From Diplonema japonicum (Eukaryota > Protista > Euglenozoa: Diplonemea), in assembly GCA_964019335.1 (NCBI GenBank), contig OZ025659.1, positions 620,001 to 684,000 of the forward strand: DNA of 64,000 nucleotides, read 5' to 3'. The notes under the pieces are model-generated. The model saw only the letters and a list, made by a program, of their open reading frames with translations. It searched no databases and had not been told where the DNA came from. Both the position numbers and the translations under genes were made by a program. This document shows positions 34,993 through 46,360 of the stretch, in pieces (position 1 is the first letter of the stretch; the number at the start of each line of letters is the position of its first letter).

Positions 34993-35961
34993 ATGACTCC
35001 GACAAAAGCAATAATGTTCCTGTGCCTGTTTTCTCCAACGCTGGCAGCACAGCACAGCGCAAGGCCCATCAGCGAAGACGTGTGCGCGGAGAAGAACAGC
35101 CAAGGCGGCAACGTGTGCATGAACGGGGTCTTCGACAAAACCGCAGGCACCTGCACGGGCCTGGGCAACGTGCCGTGCTACGTACCATCCTGCCAAAACA
35201 ACAACATCGCTCGCAGCGCAGGTATCGAAGATTGTGAACTTTCAAGCACGAAAATTAAACTCGTCCCGCACCATGTCAACGCCAACTCACTAGGCACAAG
35301 CCCTGTAACAGACTATTTACGCCAATCCCAAATAATGGAAAACATGCGTGGGTGGACAGACGTGTTCAAATCGAAATTCTCAAACTTCCCAACGTCTCTT
35401 CTTGACAGGAATGGTTTCATCCCGAGGGTCAGGATCGCAGGTGGACATGACGTAGTGTTTGAATGCCACAAGGGGGGCGAAGGCGGGGTGTGCGATGCGT
35501 TCGTGTTCATCTACAAATGCCCGCCCTGTCGGTTCGCTGATGGCGGCAACCTCCCTCTCACCTTACTCTCCGACGACTGGGAGCCGTACGCATGCGATGT
35601 GAAGTTCCAGCTTGACCACACTGTCCCCACCCACATGCATGACGTTGTGGTTTATCATAAACAGTATCCTCAGAATACGTTGCTGACCGTCACGCCCTCA
35701 TCAATGCTTGAGCTGTCTTGGTTTGCCTCTAGTGAAGCAACAAGCAACTGTGCCGACTATGGTACACAGGTGGAGTGTGAGACGGAGCTCCCCGGGGAGT
35801 GTGGGTGGGACTCGGTGTTGAAGAGGTGTGAGCGCACTTTGTGCCCCAAGGTGAAGAAACAGCTGAATGGGGATTTCAAGCCCCGAGGCCCTTGGCAGCC
35901 GAAGTGCAAGGTGTGCGTCGATGACGAGCGTGAGATGTACTTGCCCAAGCTTGCTCCGTGA
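34993..35961 (+). CDS. Secreted Cys-rich protein, family member 7 (most diverged)
   Basis: Signal-like MTPTKAIMFLCLFSPTLA; FIYKCPPCRFADGG..WEPYACDVKFQLD..KCKVCVDDEREMYLPKL. Confidence 0.9.
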   Translation: MTPTKAIMFLCLFSPTLAAQHSARPISEDVCAEKNSQGGNVCMNGVFDKTAGTCTGLGNVPCYVPSCQNNNIARSAGIEDCELSSTKIKLVPHHVNANSLGTSPVTDYLRQSQIMENMRGWTDVFKSKFSNFPTSLLDRNGFIPRVRIAGGHDVVFECHKGGEGGVCDAFVFIYKCPPCRFADGGNLPLTLLSDDWEPYACDVKFQLDHTVPTHMHDVVVYHKQYPQNTLLTVTPSSMLELSWFASSEATSNCADYGTQVECETELPGECGWDSVLKRCERTLCPKVKKQLNGDFKPRGPWQPKCKVCVDDEREMYLPKLAP

Positions 35962-36047
35962 TCACACCGAATATTTTATGTTTTTTTTTTTTTTTAACCC
36001 CCTTCGCCCACAATCAACTACAGATACGATATAGGAATCTGTTGAAT

Positions 36048-36078
<31 letters not shown>

Positions 36079-36081
<3 letters not shown>

Positions 36082-36401
36082 AACGATTCTAAAGCTACAG
36101 TTTCTGTACATCAGATGTGTTGTTCGCTGTTGACCTCCTCGTCGGTCATCACCGGTAGCGCCCGAGTGGAAGAACGTATCGCAGATGCTCAGGGTGACGA
36201 ACAGGCAGCAAACTGCACGAGCGCAGAATCTTGGTTACCCGGGACGCCCCGGCTAGGGTTGAGCACACCGCATGCATTAAGGACACGACGCGGAACGCAG
36301 AAGAAGCTACTGCTCGGCCGAGGAGCGCCCCCTGTAATCAAGTAGGTATTTCGTGCTTCGTTGCACGCTTAACGCCACCTAGTGTTGCAATCAAAGCCCC
36401 A
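36079..36401 (+). repeat. GC-balanced segment bounded by T-tracts and ending in the 44-bp motif; possible retroposon 3' fragment
   Basis: T-tracts on both sides; last 44 bp identical to 15044..15087. Confidence 0.55.
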
Positions 36402-37604
36402 TTTTTTTTTCTTTTTTTTTTTCCAACCACTAAACACGTGTCATATATATGATGCACACGGCTGCTTGTGGGCTTAGTGGCTAAACCCGTTTGTCCAGAC
36501 TAGCTGTTTTTTCTTCGAGCTGCTGCAAAGGACACCAACGTTACGAAAAACTTTTTTTTTTTCAATCAACTTTTTTTTTTTTTTACACTCTCCCTTCCCT
36601 TTTCGTCATTTTTTTTTTTTTTCTTCCTTCACTCTCCACTTGTTTCGAGTGACTCAAAAATATATGACAGAAGGGGGGTGTAAAATTAAAAAAAAAAAAA
36701 ACACACTTACGGCTTCACAATACTGCCTAGAAATGCGCCATAATTCTAACTCACGTCTGCCCCCCAAAAAAAAGAGAGAAAGGGAACCACTCGGAAACTC
36801 GTTGGATTATAGACTCCTAAAATATTTGGTGCATTCAGAAATAGCCACCCGTAGAAAAAAAACCTAGTGACAGATAAAACTGCCCTCGATCTTGGGGCCG
36901 GCATAAATTAAACTAAAAGAATAAATCTCCAAATGACAGGCACAATTCCGGGCGAATCTATTTCCGAATACGAATATAAAATATCTATTTTTTTTTTTTT
37001 TTGACGCCCTCATCTCGGCGTGATTTCTATTTTGTTTTCTTTCCCTTTCTCCGTGAAACAAGAAAAAAAAAAAATTATTTTTATAAATAAAAAAGAAAAA
37101 AAGAAAAAGATGCAAAATTTCCTATAGACTTCCTGGCCTGTAAGCCATACGAAACGAAACGAAAAAAAAAAAAAAAAAAATTAAAACAAAGCAAAAAAAG
37201 AAAAGGAGGGAAAGAAAAAAGTGATCCAAGAAAAAAAAAAAAATAAAACCTTCCACTTTATTTGGTTACCGATTTCTTCTTCCTTTTTTTTTTTTTTTTT
37301 TTGTCATTTGTCATTAATGTGATACTGCCATAAACTGCAGGTTGCCTTCTAAGAGCATTGCAGTATGCACTTTTGTTATGATTACAGATATGACGGAACA
37401 AATTAAACAAACAAGAAAAAAAAAAGAAAAAAAAAAAAGAAAAAAAAAAAAAAAACGAAAATTAAAAACTAACGAAATATCACATGGGAACGATAAAAAA
37501 AAAGAGAAAAAAGAAAAGAAAAACGAAGAAGAAACGAAAAATGAAAATAAACACAAACCCGTCACAGGACTTTTTGTTTCCCGTTCTGCTTTTCTTTCTT
37601 CCTT

Positions 37605-37637
<33 letters not shown>

Positions 37638-38273
37638 CCAAGAAGACTTTCTTGGGCCTACGTATGGGCTTTGAAGAAGGAAACGAAAAGTAGGGCAGAA
37701 TGGGGGAAACAACAAAAAGGTTTTTTTTTTTTTTACTATCTGTTATGTATTTAAGTTAAAGAAACACTTTTATCTTTCACTTTTTTTTTATTGTTTCTAC
37801 TATGTTATTTTCTTTTTATTTTACCCCCCCCTTTTTTTTTACCCTCTTCTGCTGCAACTAAAGGAAAACAAGCAGAGACAGAGAGAGGGTAAGAAGAATA
37901 AACCCCCCCATAACTAAAACTAAATGAAAAAGAAAGAAAAGGAAAAAGAGAGAAAGAAGTAACGTCCGTCGATTTATTTTTATTTTTTTATATTATTCCC
38001 TCCTTTCTTCTTCTTCTTCTCCTTTTTCTTATCTTAACGTTTTCCTCTCCCTCCCTTTCTTTCCCGTTGCTGTAAACAAAAAAAAAAAAAAAAACACACA
38101 AAAAACGAAAAACCCTGTCGTCAGGGGGGCATCATGTCCTCCGGCGATAGTTATTCGTTTTTTCACAGCACATTTTTTATTTTTATTTTTATTTTTTTCT
38201 TTTTTTTTCGTAGACAGCCTTCCCCACACCCCACCCCCATCAACTACAAGGCGGAGGGGGGAAAAAAAAAAGT

Positions 38274-40204
38274 ATGGCACAGACCCCTGGAAGAAAATCG
38301 GCGTTTACCCTTGCAAAGTCGCAGCTTGGGGGGGGAGGAGGAGGAGGCAGTGGCGGCCTCGCTTCACAAGAAAATGCCCCATCAAGAGATGCCGAACACC
38401 AACACCCACAACAGGCGACTCAAGGCGACTCCACACAAGGCGTTCTGGAATGGATCCACAGGACAGACATGAAACAGAAAACATACAGGTACACAGGAGG
38501 CTTGAAAAAGATAAAGGACGGTGACGGAGAGGACCCCGACACCCATGTCAGACATGACACAGGCGAACCCTTCTCAAAATTCAACTACCCTGACGGGGAC
38601 TATTACGAAGGGGAATGGAAGAACGGGAAGAGACACGGTCAAGGTGCGCTCCGCTTGGCAAATGGGTACCACTACGATGGGAAGTGGGAAGAAGACACCC
38701 CCACCGGCAACGGCAACGAAGGCTTCACAAGACACGAGTTTCTAACGTCAACCTACCAATCCGGGAAACCGAATGGAAAAGGCTACCTCTTCTACAAACC
38801 ACGCGAGGAGCCAAAGTACCGCTACCACGGCACCTTTCGAAACGGCAAACGACACGGTAAGGGGACAATATACTACCAGAACGGTGACGTCTACAGAGGC
38901 ACGTGGAAGGACGGGAAGAGAGACGGACGCGGCGTCACAATGGAAATAAACAGAAACAGAAAATTCGCAACAATATGGGCGAACGACAAGCTTCTAGAAG
39001 GCCCTTATGAGGTGTTCGAGCAAGACGGTTCTATAGAACAGGAAGAAGACAATGTCAAACTATCAGGATCCGCTGGATACGCTCCCGCAGACCTCACCAA
39101 GTGGAGAGTTCAGGAGGGTGTCGAAGACCTCACATTACCACACTTCCACCGTTTAAATGCAGGGTTCGAGCTTCTTGACGACGACTGCTCCGGAGAGTTG
39201 TCCACCGCAGAACTCACCAAACTATGGGGCTCCCGAGACCAACAAATGCTTAAACGCCTCGACCGCAACAAAGACGGGCAGGTGTCTCTTTATGAGATCC
39301 TTCTTGAATGGTACCCTTCTGTGCGAAAGGCGCAGCTTCTCCGGTTCATTCACATTGAGCCTTCAATACCCGCGGTTCACAGGTTTATAGGACGCCTGTC
39401 TGGGGTTGCTCATTCGTCTAATGATGGGTTCATGCAGGTTACTGAGAATCAACAGGCGTTGCAGTTAAAGACATTGGAGGATAAGAGGTTCATGATAGGT
39501 GGGGAGAAGTTCTCATTCGTGTTGTGGCAGCGGGCGAGGGCGTTGCGCGACCCGCCCAACTTGTTAGAGGTCCTTGAAGCATGGTACCCCAATACCCCGC
39601 GATCCGTTCTCGAACGCTTCGCAATGGCCAGGGTCCCCTTCACGGAGCTGGAGGAATGTTACGAATGCTTTCAAAACCTTGATGTCAAGCGTACAAGAAC
39701 GATCGATTTAGACTTAGTTCTCCAAGCCAGGGCTGTGAAAAGGTGTGAGGTGGCAAAGAGGAGGTGTAACCCCCCTGCCCCTCCCATCCAAGCATTGGTC
39801 GACCGCATGACACCTTACTTCTTCGCTAGCGAACCATGTTTTAGTATCGGGCACTACATCAAGCTTACGGTGCCCATGCTTGAGATGGCGCTTGACTGGG
39901 CCTCACCCCGGATGAACCGCAAGAGGCAGATCACATTTCACGAGCTCATTCAATACTCGTTCCCAAACCTCTCTTGTATCCACATGCAGCATTCTCTTGC
40001 TAAACGCCAGAGCCTGACCCCTGCGCAGATCACCTGTGCATGCGATGTGTGTGAATTCTGCAGGGGGAAGGGTCTTTCCAGGTAAGGCGGCTTCTTATTC
40101 TTTTTCTTCGGGGGCGGAACAGGACAATGTGGGAACATGTCTTTGCGAAATACAGAGACAAGCCTGGGTGTGGACACCGATCACTGCAGAACGCCGGAAG
40201 CTAG
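38274..40204 (+). CDS. MORN-repeat + EF-hand protein; probable terminal intron 40082..40122
   Basis: MORN repeats YEGEWKNGKRHGQG and YRGTWKDGKRDGRG; EF loops DDDCSGELSTAE and DRNKDGQVSLYE. AG|GTAAGG donor overlaps the ORF stop (unspliced end 40085). Confidence 0.85.
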
Positions 40205-40469
40205 TGCTAAAAAAGACGGTCAGAAGAGGCTAACCCGCAACCCCCCAGAAGGGTAAGTAAGGGGTAGATAAGTTGAGACAAGGGGGCATTCCTAAAAAAA
40301 AAAAAAAAAAAGAAAAGAAAAAACGGGGACCTCCTTTATTTCATCTCTTTTATTTATTTAGAACTATAGATTTGTCGATTCCTCCACTTTTCGCCCCCCC
40401 CCCCCCTTTTTTAAATCTCGAGCAAAAGAAATATACAATAAGTGAACGGGTGCTTGCAATGTTATACAA

Positions 40470-42128
40470 ATGAGCGTGTCTTCGTGCAATACATCTGACG
40501 ACTGCTCCGACGGGCCTGGGGGGGGTGCGGTCGCGTTCACGCCGTCGCCTCCCATAGGGAACAAGAAGGGGAGGTTCCGGCCTGTTGAGCAGATCGATGA
40601 GGGGTTCGGGAAGGTGGAAGGGGACAAGGCAGTCTTCGAGCCAGATGAGCTCTTCTACATTGCGTGCAGGACAAAGGGTGTGCTGGAACCTTATGAGGAG
40701 TTCAGGTGCAAGCCTCTGGAAGAGTTCATAGAGCAGGACACTGTTCTCGCGAGGGAACTAGCCGTCCAACGCATGGCCAACTACGACATGATAAGAGCTC
40801 GTAAAATGGCCATTGTGCTCAAGGAACGTGAGCGGCTCATCCATTCCGAGATGTCACCACACAAAACATCTTCCTCATCGACAAGACGGCCTGCGACGGT
40901 TCCTTCCCTCAAGCCGCCTTCTATCAAGGTCAGTGCTGACCAGACAGACCTCTTCGAGAGGGTGAAGTGCAGGGCACGCGAAGCACAACAGCGTGCGGTG
41001 CACTCCAAGCGCATCAAGGAGTTTCTCACTCACCGAAAGCACGAGGAAGGGAAGCGGCAGGAAGCTGCTTATAAAGAGGTCAAAATACGGCACCTGTTGT
41101 CCACCGTCCAGCGGAGGGAGATCGAGAAACTCAACGAGAAGATCTTAGCACAGAGATCGATACAAATGGAGGTAAAGCGTACTCTTTTAAAAGAAAACAC
41201 ACCCACAGGCCGACAGAAAATCACGAAATGTGATCAAAACACAGTGGGAGAAAACTTCGAACGCCTTGAACCAAACACAGGAAAAAAAGGTTTGAAAACC
41301 AGGGGTGGAATGAAATAAAGCAAAAAAAAAAAAAAGAAGGAAGAAAAAAAACACCAAATAACACAGGCCGAATCGTTCGAGAGCTCCAAAACGAGTATGG
41401 AACAGAGCCGGGCGCAATGGATCAGAGAAAGAGCATTAAAGAGGGAAACGAAACTTGCCCGTGCAAAGCACGTGAAGCAAGCGGCGGAGAACGAGAGGAT
41501 GGCCGCATTAGACGCAAAGCTGGAGTTCAGAAAGGAGATTTCCAAAAGGAAGGGCGCCCTAGACTGCCAAAGGGCAGACTCCCTCAAATACAGAAGAGTG
41601 CTGCAAGAGGCATATTCGGCACAAGTCCTGTCGAAAGGCAAGCAGTTGGAGGAGGTACGAGCTAATGAAATCGCGGACTGCCACATGAAGAAATGTGAAA
41701 AGGCGATTGTCATGCAACAGGGTGGCAACGTGGCGAAGTGGAAGACTGAGGCGAAAACGGCAGCAAACTGCACAAGGAGGGGGAAGGTGCAGAGGTTCAG
41801 GGCACAGCGAGATGCTATGGAAGTCGAAAGGCTTCAGAAAAAGGTACAAGACAAACAGCGACAGATAGAAAAGGCCGGAGGGAACAGAGAGAGACTACTC
41901 ACCTTGCGGGCAGAGAACTTAAAGCTCACCAGCGAGCGTAAAAAAGCCATGGCGTCACGCCTGTACAACGAACAGGAAATTCTCCAAAACAAGATGTTCA
42001 CAAGCGTCAACCACAAGCACGAGTTGAGCGCAAGACGACTGCAGCAGCTGGGGCAACTCCGTGAGACTTTGGAGCACAACCCGGAAGCGCTTTCATACGA
42101 GGTCATGTTAAGCAGTCTGGGGTCGTGA
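40470..42128 (+). CDS. Coiled-coil protein; introns 41172..41208 and 41290..41366
   Basis: Two GT-AG introns join ORFs 40470 and 41397 in frame (..IQME|ADRK..QEKK|AESFESSKTSMEQ). Confidence 0.75.
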
Positions 42129-42278
42129 TCCCCCCCCCCCCCCCCCCCCTCCCATTTCCTCATTTACACTTTATTAGTCTTAATCCGTCTTATCTTATTT
42201 TTTTCGTCCCCCCTGGCAACATCAAAAAAAAGAACTAGGAAAAAGGAGGAAGAGGAGGACGGGGGAGGGGGAAAGAAC

Positions 42279-43935
42279 ATGGATATTGATGGTTTTTCAG
42301 ACGGCGACACAGTATCGATTATTTCCGACACTTCCGTGAATTCACGAGGTCAGCATGATGTGATCGACAGTGTTCTCGATGGTGTGGCCGATCCTGACAA
42401 TGAGAAACACGATTTGATAGATATGTGGGAACCTGAAGGGGACGAGGAGGCCGAGTACCTGTTCACCCCGACGCCTCCTGGGAGTCTGCCCGACGTCGAT
42501 GAAGTTGATAGAATGTCGCTTGCGTCTTGGGCAAGCTGCAGTGAAGAGGAGCCTCTAGATGACAATCAAATGTCCAAGCCAACATCCGCAAAACGAAGGA
42601 AGAAAGCACCGAAGCATTCGAGGGACTCGGCCACCACACAGTCCGTTCCCATCATCGATAATTTACTGGCTTCCATTGAAGAACAGGTATGAGGTGGGAA
42701 AAAAGAACGACCTCGCAGGGCGGATTTTCCGCAGCGAAGCTTAGCTGGATTGACTTCGAGTCTGCTGTAACAGTGGGCCCAGTGGCTGCCACACCGTGCG
42801 AGGTGGCTGTTCTCAACACAGAGCTGCATCTTAACAACGTGCTGTCCAGCAAAGAGACGGAGGCTGTCGAACTGGTTGAGGCAGGAAAGATCGAGGAAAA
42901 AGAACTTGAAAACATCCCGAGGACGGACCCATGCTGGTATCACCGGATACTGCACCCAGGGCATTTGGGGCAGAATCATGTATGTGAGTTGTTTTTACAG
43001 GAAAACACAACACAACACAGCTTAAGAGCGCGAAACTAAACACCATGAATCTGCACGGCATCCCCATCACAGGGATCAAAGGTGCCGCCACCTCGTCCTA
43101 CCACGCTTACGAGGTCCTCAAAGGGATCGAGGAACACGTCTCAGGCCTCGGTGTCGACGAGGTGGGGTTCAGAGAGAGCAGGAACCCTTACCTCATGAGA
43201 CACCCAGCCACAACGAGCGCCAAACAGAAAACGCTTCTCTTCGGCATGGGCGTGACATTAGAGCGCGCCTCGCTGTGCTCGCTTGCTCAGTACGCAAGGG
43301 ACAGAAACGGGTTAGGTCCGTACCGATGGATAGTCCCGGTTTACGACGTTAGTCATTTGGTGCAAGCGATGTACAGAAAGGTACGGAAGTCAGGCCCCGA
43401 GCTGCTTTCACCTTTCGCGTTGCAAGGCATTGTTTTATGGAGCAGCCGCAACACGGACTTTGAGATCAAAACAGCACGTTGCTGCGCTTACCACGCATAC
43501 GTCAACAAGAAGATGTTCGCCCGGTACCAGGTCGAGCCCTCGTCGGAGCTGTCGTTCCACTGTGCTTTGTATGACGCGCAGAACGCAGCGGAGAAGGCAC
43601 GGTACATTGCCTCGAGGTACTTCCCTCAGATCACCTTATCCGAGTCGGGTGGTTTCCGTCACCCTATTGCCGCCGAGTGGATCCCGCTCCCTGTTAAAAA
43701 GAACCCCCCACCCGAGCCTGAAAAACTCAAGTATCTTGAGGATCTGAAAACCCTGACTGGCGACGCACTGCCCGAGCATCCTTGGGAGGCGCTGTACTGG
43801 GAGACGGCTGGGAAGGAGACGATTTTCGGTTTGATCGAGAAATTTATCAGCGAAGCGAGACAGGATGAAGCCGGACGCCTGACGTGGGCTTGGTATCAGC
43901 TTTCATCCAGCGATTTCATCAAAAGAACGTGTTAG
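42279..43935 (+). CDS. Maelstrom (MAEL)-domain / DnaQ-fold protein with acidic N-terminus; introns 42687..42718 and 42980..43020
   Basis: Spliced product has WIDFESA, TPCEVAV, YHRILHPG, LHGIP, CCAYH and FHCALYDA: the MAEL E-H-H-C-H-C signature plus DEDDh-like D/E and HxAxxD. Confidence 0.75.
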
Positions 43936-44012
43936 AGTCTTCTTATAACCCCTCCCTCCCCCTCGCCCTTTAACGCTGTCATTTCCCCGGAAGGAATAAA
44001 AAATGATAAACA

Positions 44013-44843
44013 ATGGTGTTTTCAAATAGGGAACGAAGCGATTCGCGTCACTCAACAGTGACGCAGCAGGATCTAAATGCAACGATAGAAAGCCTGTCGG
44101 GTGTTCTGAGAGAGCGCGGAAGGACACCGATGTCAGGTAGTACAGCGACACCACGAAGCCACCCCACGGAAGACGAGGCTGATAAAGGGGAATTCTCGAT
44201 AATGTCAAGGAGCAGCAGTTTTTTGCTGCCTCACAGAATACCACAGGTTCCTACTGTCGCGCAGCTACCTGCGGCGTCAAGCCAGCGGCTTGAAATAGAA
44301 GGCGGGAAGACGTTTTCGATACAACACAACAACGATACGCAGTACTTCCGTATGGGGCCCACAGAGGGCACCGACAACATCAAGGAGACCATACGGAGTG
44401 TCTTCAGCCTCCCGCCTGCTGATAACTTCAACCTCCTCGACATGCAGAACCACCACATCGTCGTGTCGTCAGCTTCTCTTCTCCACACTGCGCATTATAC
44501 CTTGATGCTTCCCGAAAAACCTCAGGTTTCATACATGGAGGTTCCTTGCACCCCTGCGCCTCATCTCCTGCCTCCACAGAAACCCACGATCCCTGTGTCC
44601 GATGTTATGTCTCACGAAGAGATGCCTAAGGTGGTGCATCGCGTGGATTTAAAGCAGCAGCAGCAGCCTCTGCTTGTCGTGCTGCGGAACGTTACTCTTG
44701 TGAGCTTGCTCTTTGCCGTGGCGTTCTTGGGCGCCTCTTACTTTTTAACGGGCTCCCCTTCAGGGGTGGAAATCGGGTTGGCGCCCCCTGGTCCTTCGGC
44801 TGTCCTTCCCGTGGTGTGGAGGAACAATGCTGGGAAGGTGTGA
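44013..44843 (+). CDS. Hypothetical protein with a C-terminal transmembrane helix
   Basis: 276-aa ORF; hydrophobic VTLVSLLFAVAFLGASYFL near the C-terminus. Confidence 0.7.
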   Translation: MVFSNRERSDSRHSTVTQQDLNATIESLSGVLRERGRTPMSGSTATPRSHPTEDEADKGEFSIMSRSSSFLLPHRIPQVPTVAQLPAASSQRLEIEGGKTFSIQHNNDTQYFRMGPTEGTDNIKETIRSVFSLPPADNFNLLDMQNHHIVVSSASLLHTAHYTLMLPEKPQVSYMEVPCTPAPHLLPPQKPTIPVSDVMSHEEMPKVVHRVDLKQQQQPLLVVLRNVTLVSLLFAVAFLGASYFLTGSPSGVEIGLAPPGPSAVLPVVWRNNAGKV

Positions 44844-45144
44844 TTTATATTTTTTTTGGGGGGGAAGAAGAAAGAAAAACAGATACTTGTGCGGTACACA
44901 ACCGTATCTGGGGGGGTGAAGGATCACCGTCTCACCGAAGGGTTGAACACGGTGCCTGATGCGAAACGGAGCAAATATAGATTGCAGGATGAGCTTGTTT
45001 TCCACGTAGATGACGAACTGTAAATATTTCATGAAAGTTCAAAAAAAAAAAGTGTTGCACTTGCTTTCCGTTATTTCCTAAAACACCCATTCCCCCCCGC
45101 TACTTCGCTTTAGGGACGCGCCATACAAAAAAGAGAGAAAAATA

Positions 45145-46203
45145 ATGCCGCGATTATTACCATGTGGGTGGGGTGTGGTGTGCTTGCTCTTGCTGAGCAT
45201 ATTCACGGACTGGGAGTACGAGCCTGCAGCCGTGGGCGCTTTTGGCGACGCACAGACATATAACGAGGCGGTAAGGAACTGGAAGAAAACGGGAAAGAAC
45301 TTCCGAGCAGCGACCTTTTCAATATGCAAAAACAGCACGTCGTGTGTGGAAATGCAAAGAAACGAGGACGACATGGAAGGCGCACCCCCTAAGGAAGGGC
45401 TTATGAAGTACGCGGCGGTGCACTACGACTCAACAGCGCAACTATTGGAAAACGAAAGATTCGTCCCGAGCAAGCGAGCCGAGCTGTATATCAAGGGAAA
45501 CAGGAGGCTGAGCAAGGCACCTGTAGCGATTCCTTACTTTACATGGCAGTTCACCGACAGCACTGTGGCCGACTGCAGCTTGGGGTTAGGGGTGTGGCTG
45601 AAAGGAATCTGCATGTACCTCTTCATGTTGGACAGGGTTTGCGTGACGGTTAGCGAAGCAGAAGACGGGACATGGGAGGCTCAGGATGTTTATGGAGTTG
45701 GCAGTGGTTGTTCACCCACTCAGTATGGGGATATAAACCCGGTGGATTTCCCAAACTACAATATTGTGGGGAGCTGGGGTGCAGGGATCTACACGCAGGT
45801 GAACGCTAGTGAGGTGTTGTGTGAAACCACACAGGTTCTCTCTTCCCCTGACCGCAGCCTCAACAACACCAACGGTTTGCACCCTTTTCACCTGCCCTCC
45901 ACAACTTGGACTGCCGACTTCACAACTGTTCGCGTCAAGCTTCGATCCGTCGCTGACCCACGTCTCACTGCCGAGAACGTCACCAACGGGACCCTTAACT
46001 TCACCCCACTCCGCACTCCAAGCGCCGCCCGCTCTTTCTTCTCCACGGCCATCTTTAACCTATCTTCCACCGTCACCTTGGTCACCATTGCGATCCTCGT
46101 TTTGTCGATTATCTTCCCAGGCTTCCGCCGGCGGTACATTTTGCACGATTCCCGAATGGGGAAAAGGAACAAGCTTCAGTCGCAGTCTCGTATCTATTCG
46201 TAA
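45145..46203 (+). CDS. Hypothetical membrane glycoprotein
   Basis: N-terminal hydrophobic segment, several NxS/T sites, C-terminal TM followed by RRR. Confidence 0.7.
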   Translation: MPRLLPCGWGVVCLLLLSIFTDWEYEPAAVGAFGDAQTYNEAVRNWKKTGKNFRAATFSICKNSTSCVEMQRNEDDMEGAPPKEGLMKYAAVHYDSTAQLLENERFVPSKRAELYIKGNRRLSKAPVAIPYFTWQFTDSTVADCSLGLGVWLKGICMYLFMLDRVCVTVSEAEDGTWEAQDVYGVGSGCSPTQYGDINPVDFPNYNIVGSWGAGIYTQVNASEVLCETTQVLSSPDRSLNNTNGLHPFHLPSTTWTADFTTVRVKLRSVADPRLTAENVTNGTLNFTPLRTPSAARSFFSTAIFNLSSTVTLVTIAILVLSIIFPGFRRRYILHDSRMGKRNKLQSQSRIYS

Positions 46204-46360
46204 GAAAAAGAAGGAAAAAACAAGGGGGGGGGGGGGGAATCTACTCTGGGCGGAGTTTAAAAAAAAATGAACGAATTGTAATTGCCATTTTTTAAAAAAT
46301 GCTTTTTTCTTTTTCATAAACAATTCTTATCCCCCCCTGCAGACAGGTTCTTTTGACAAG

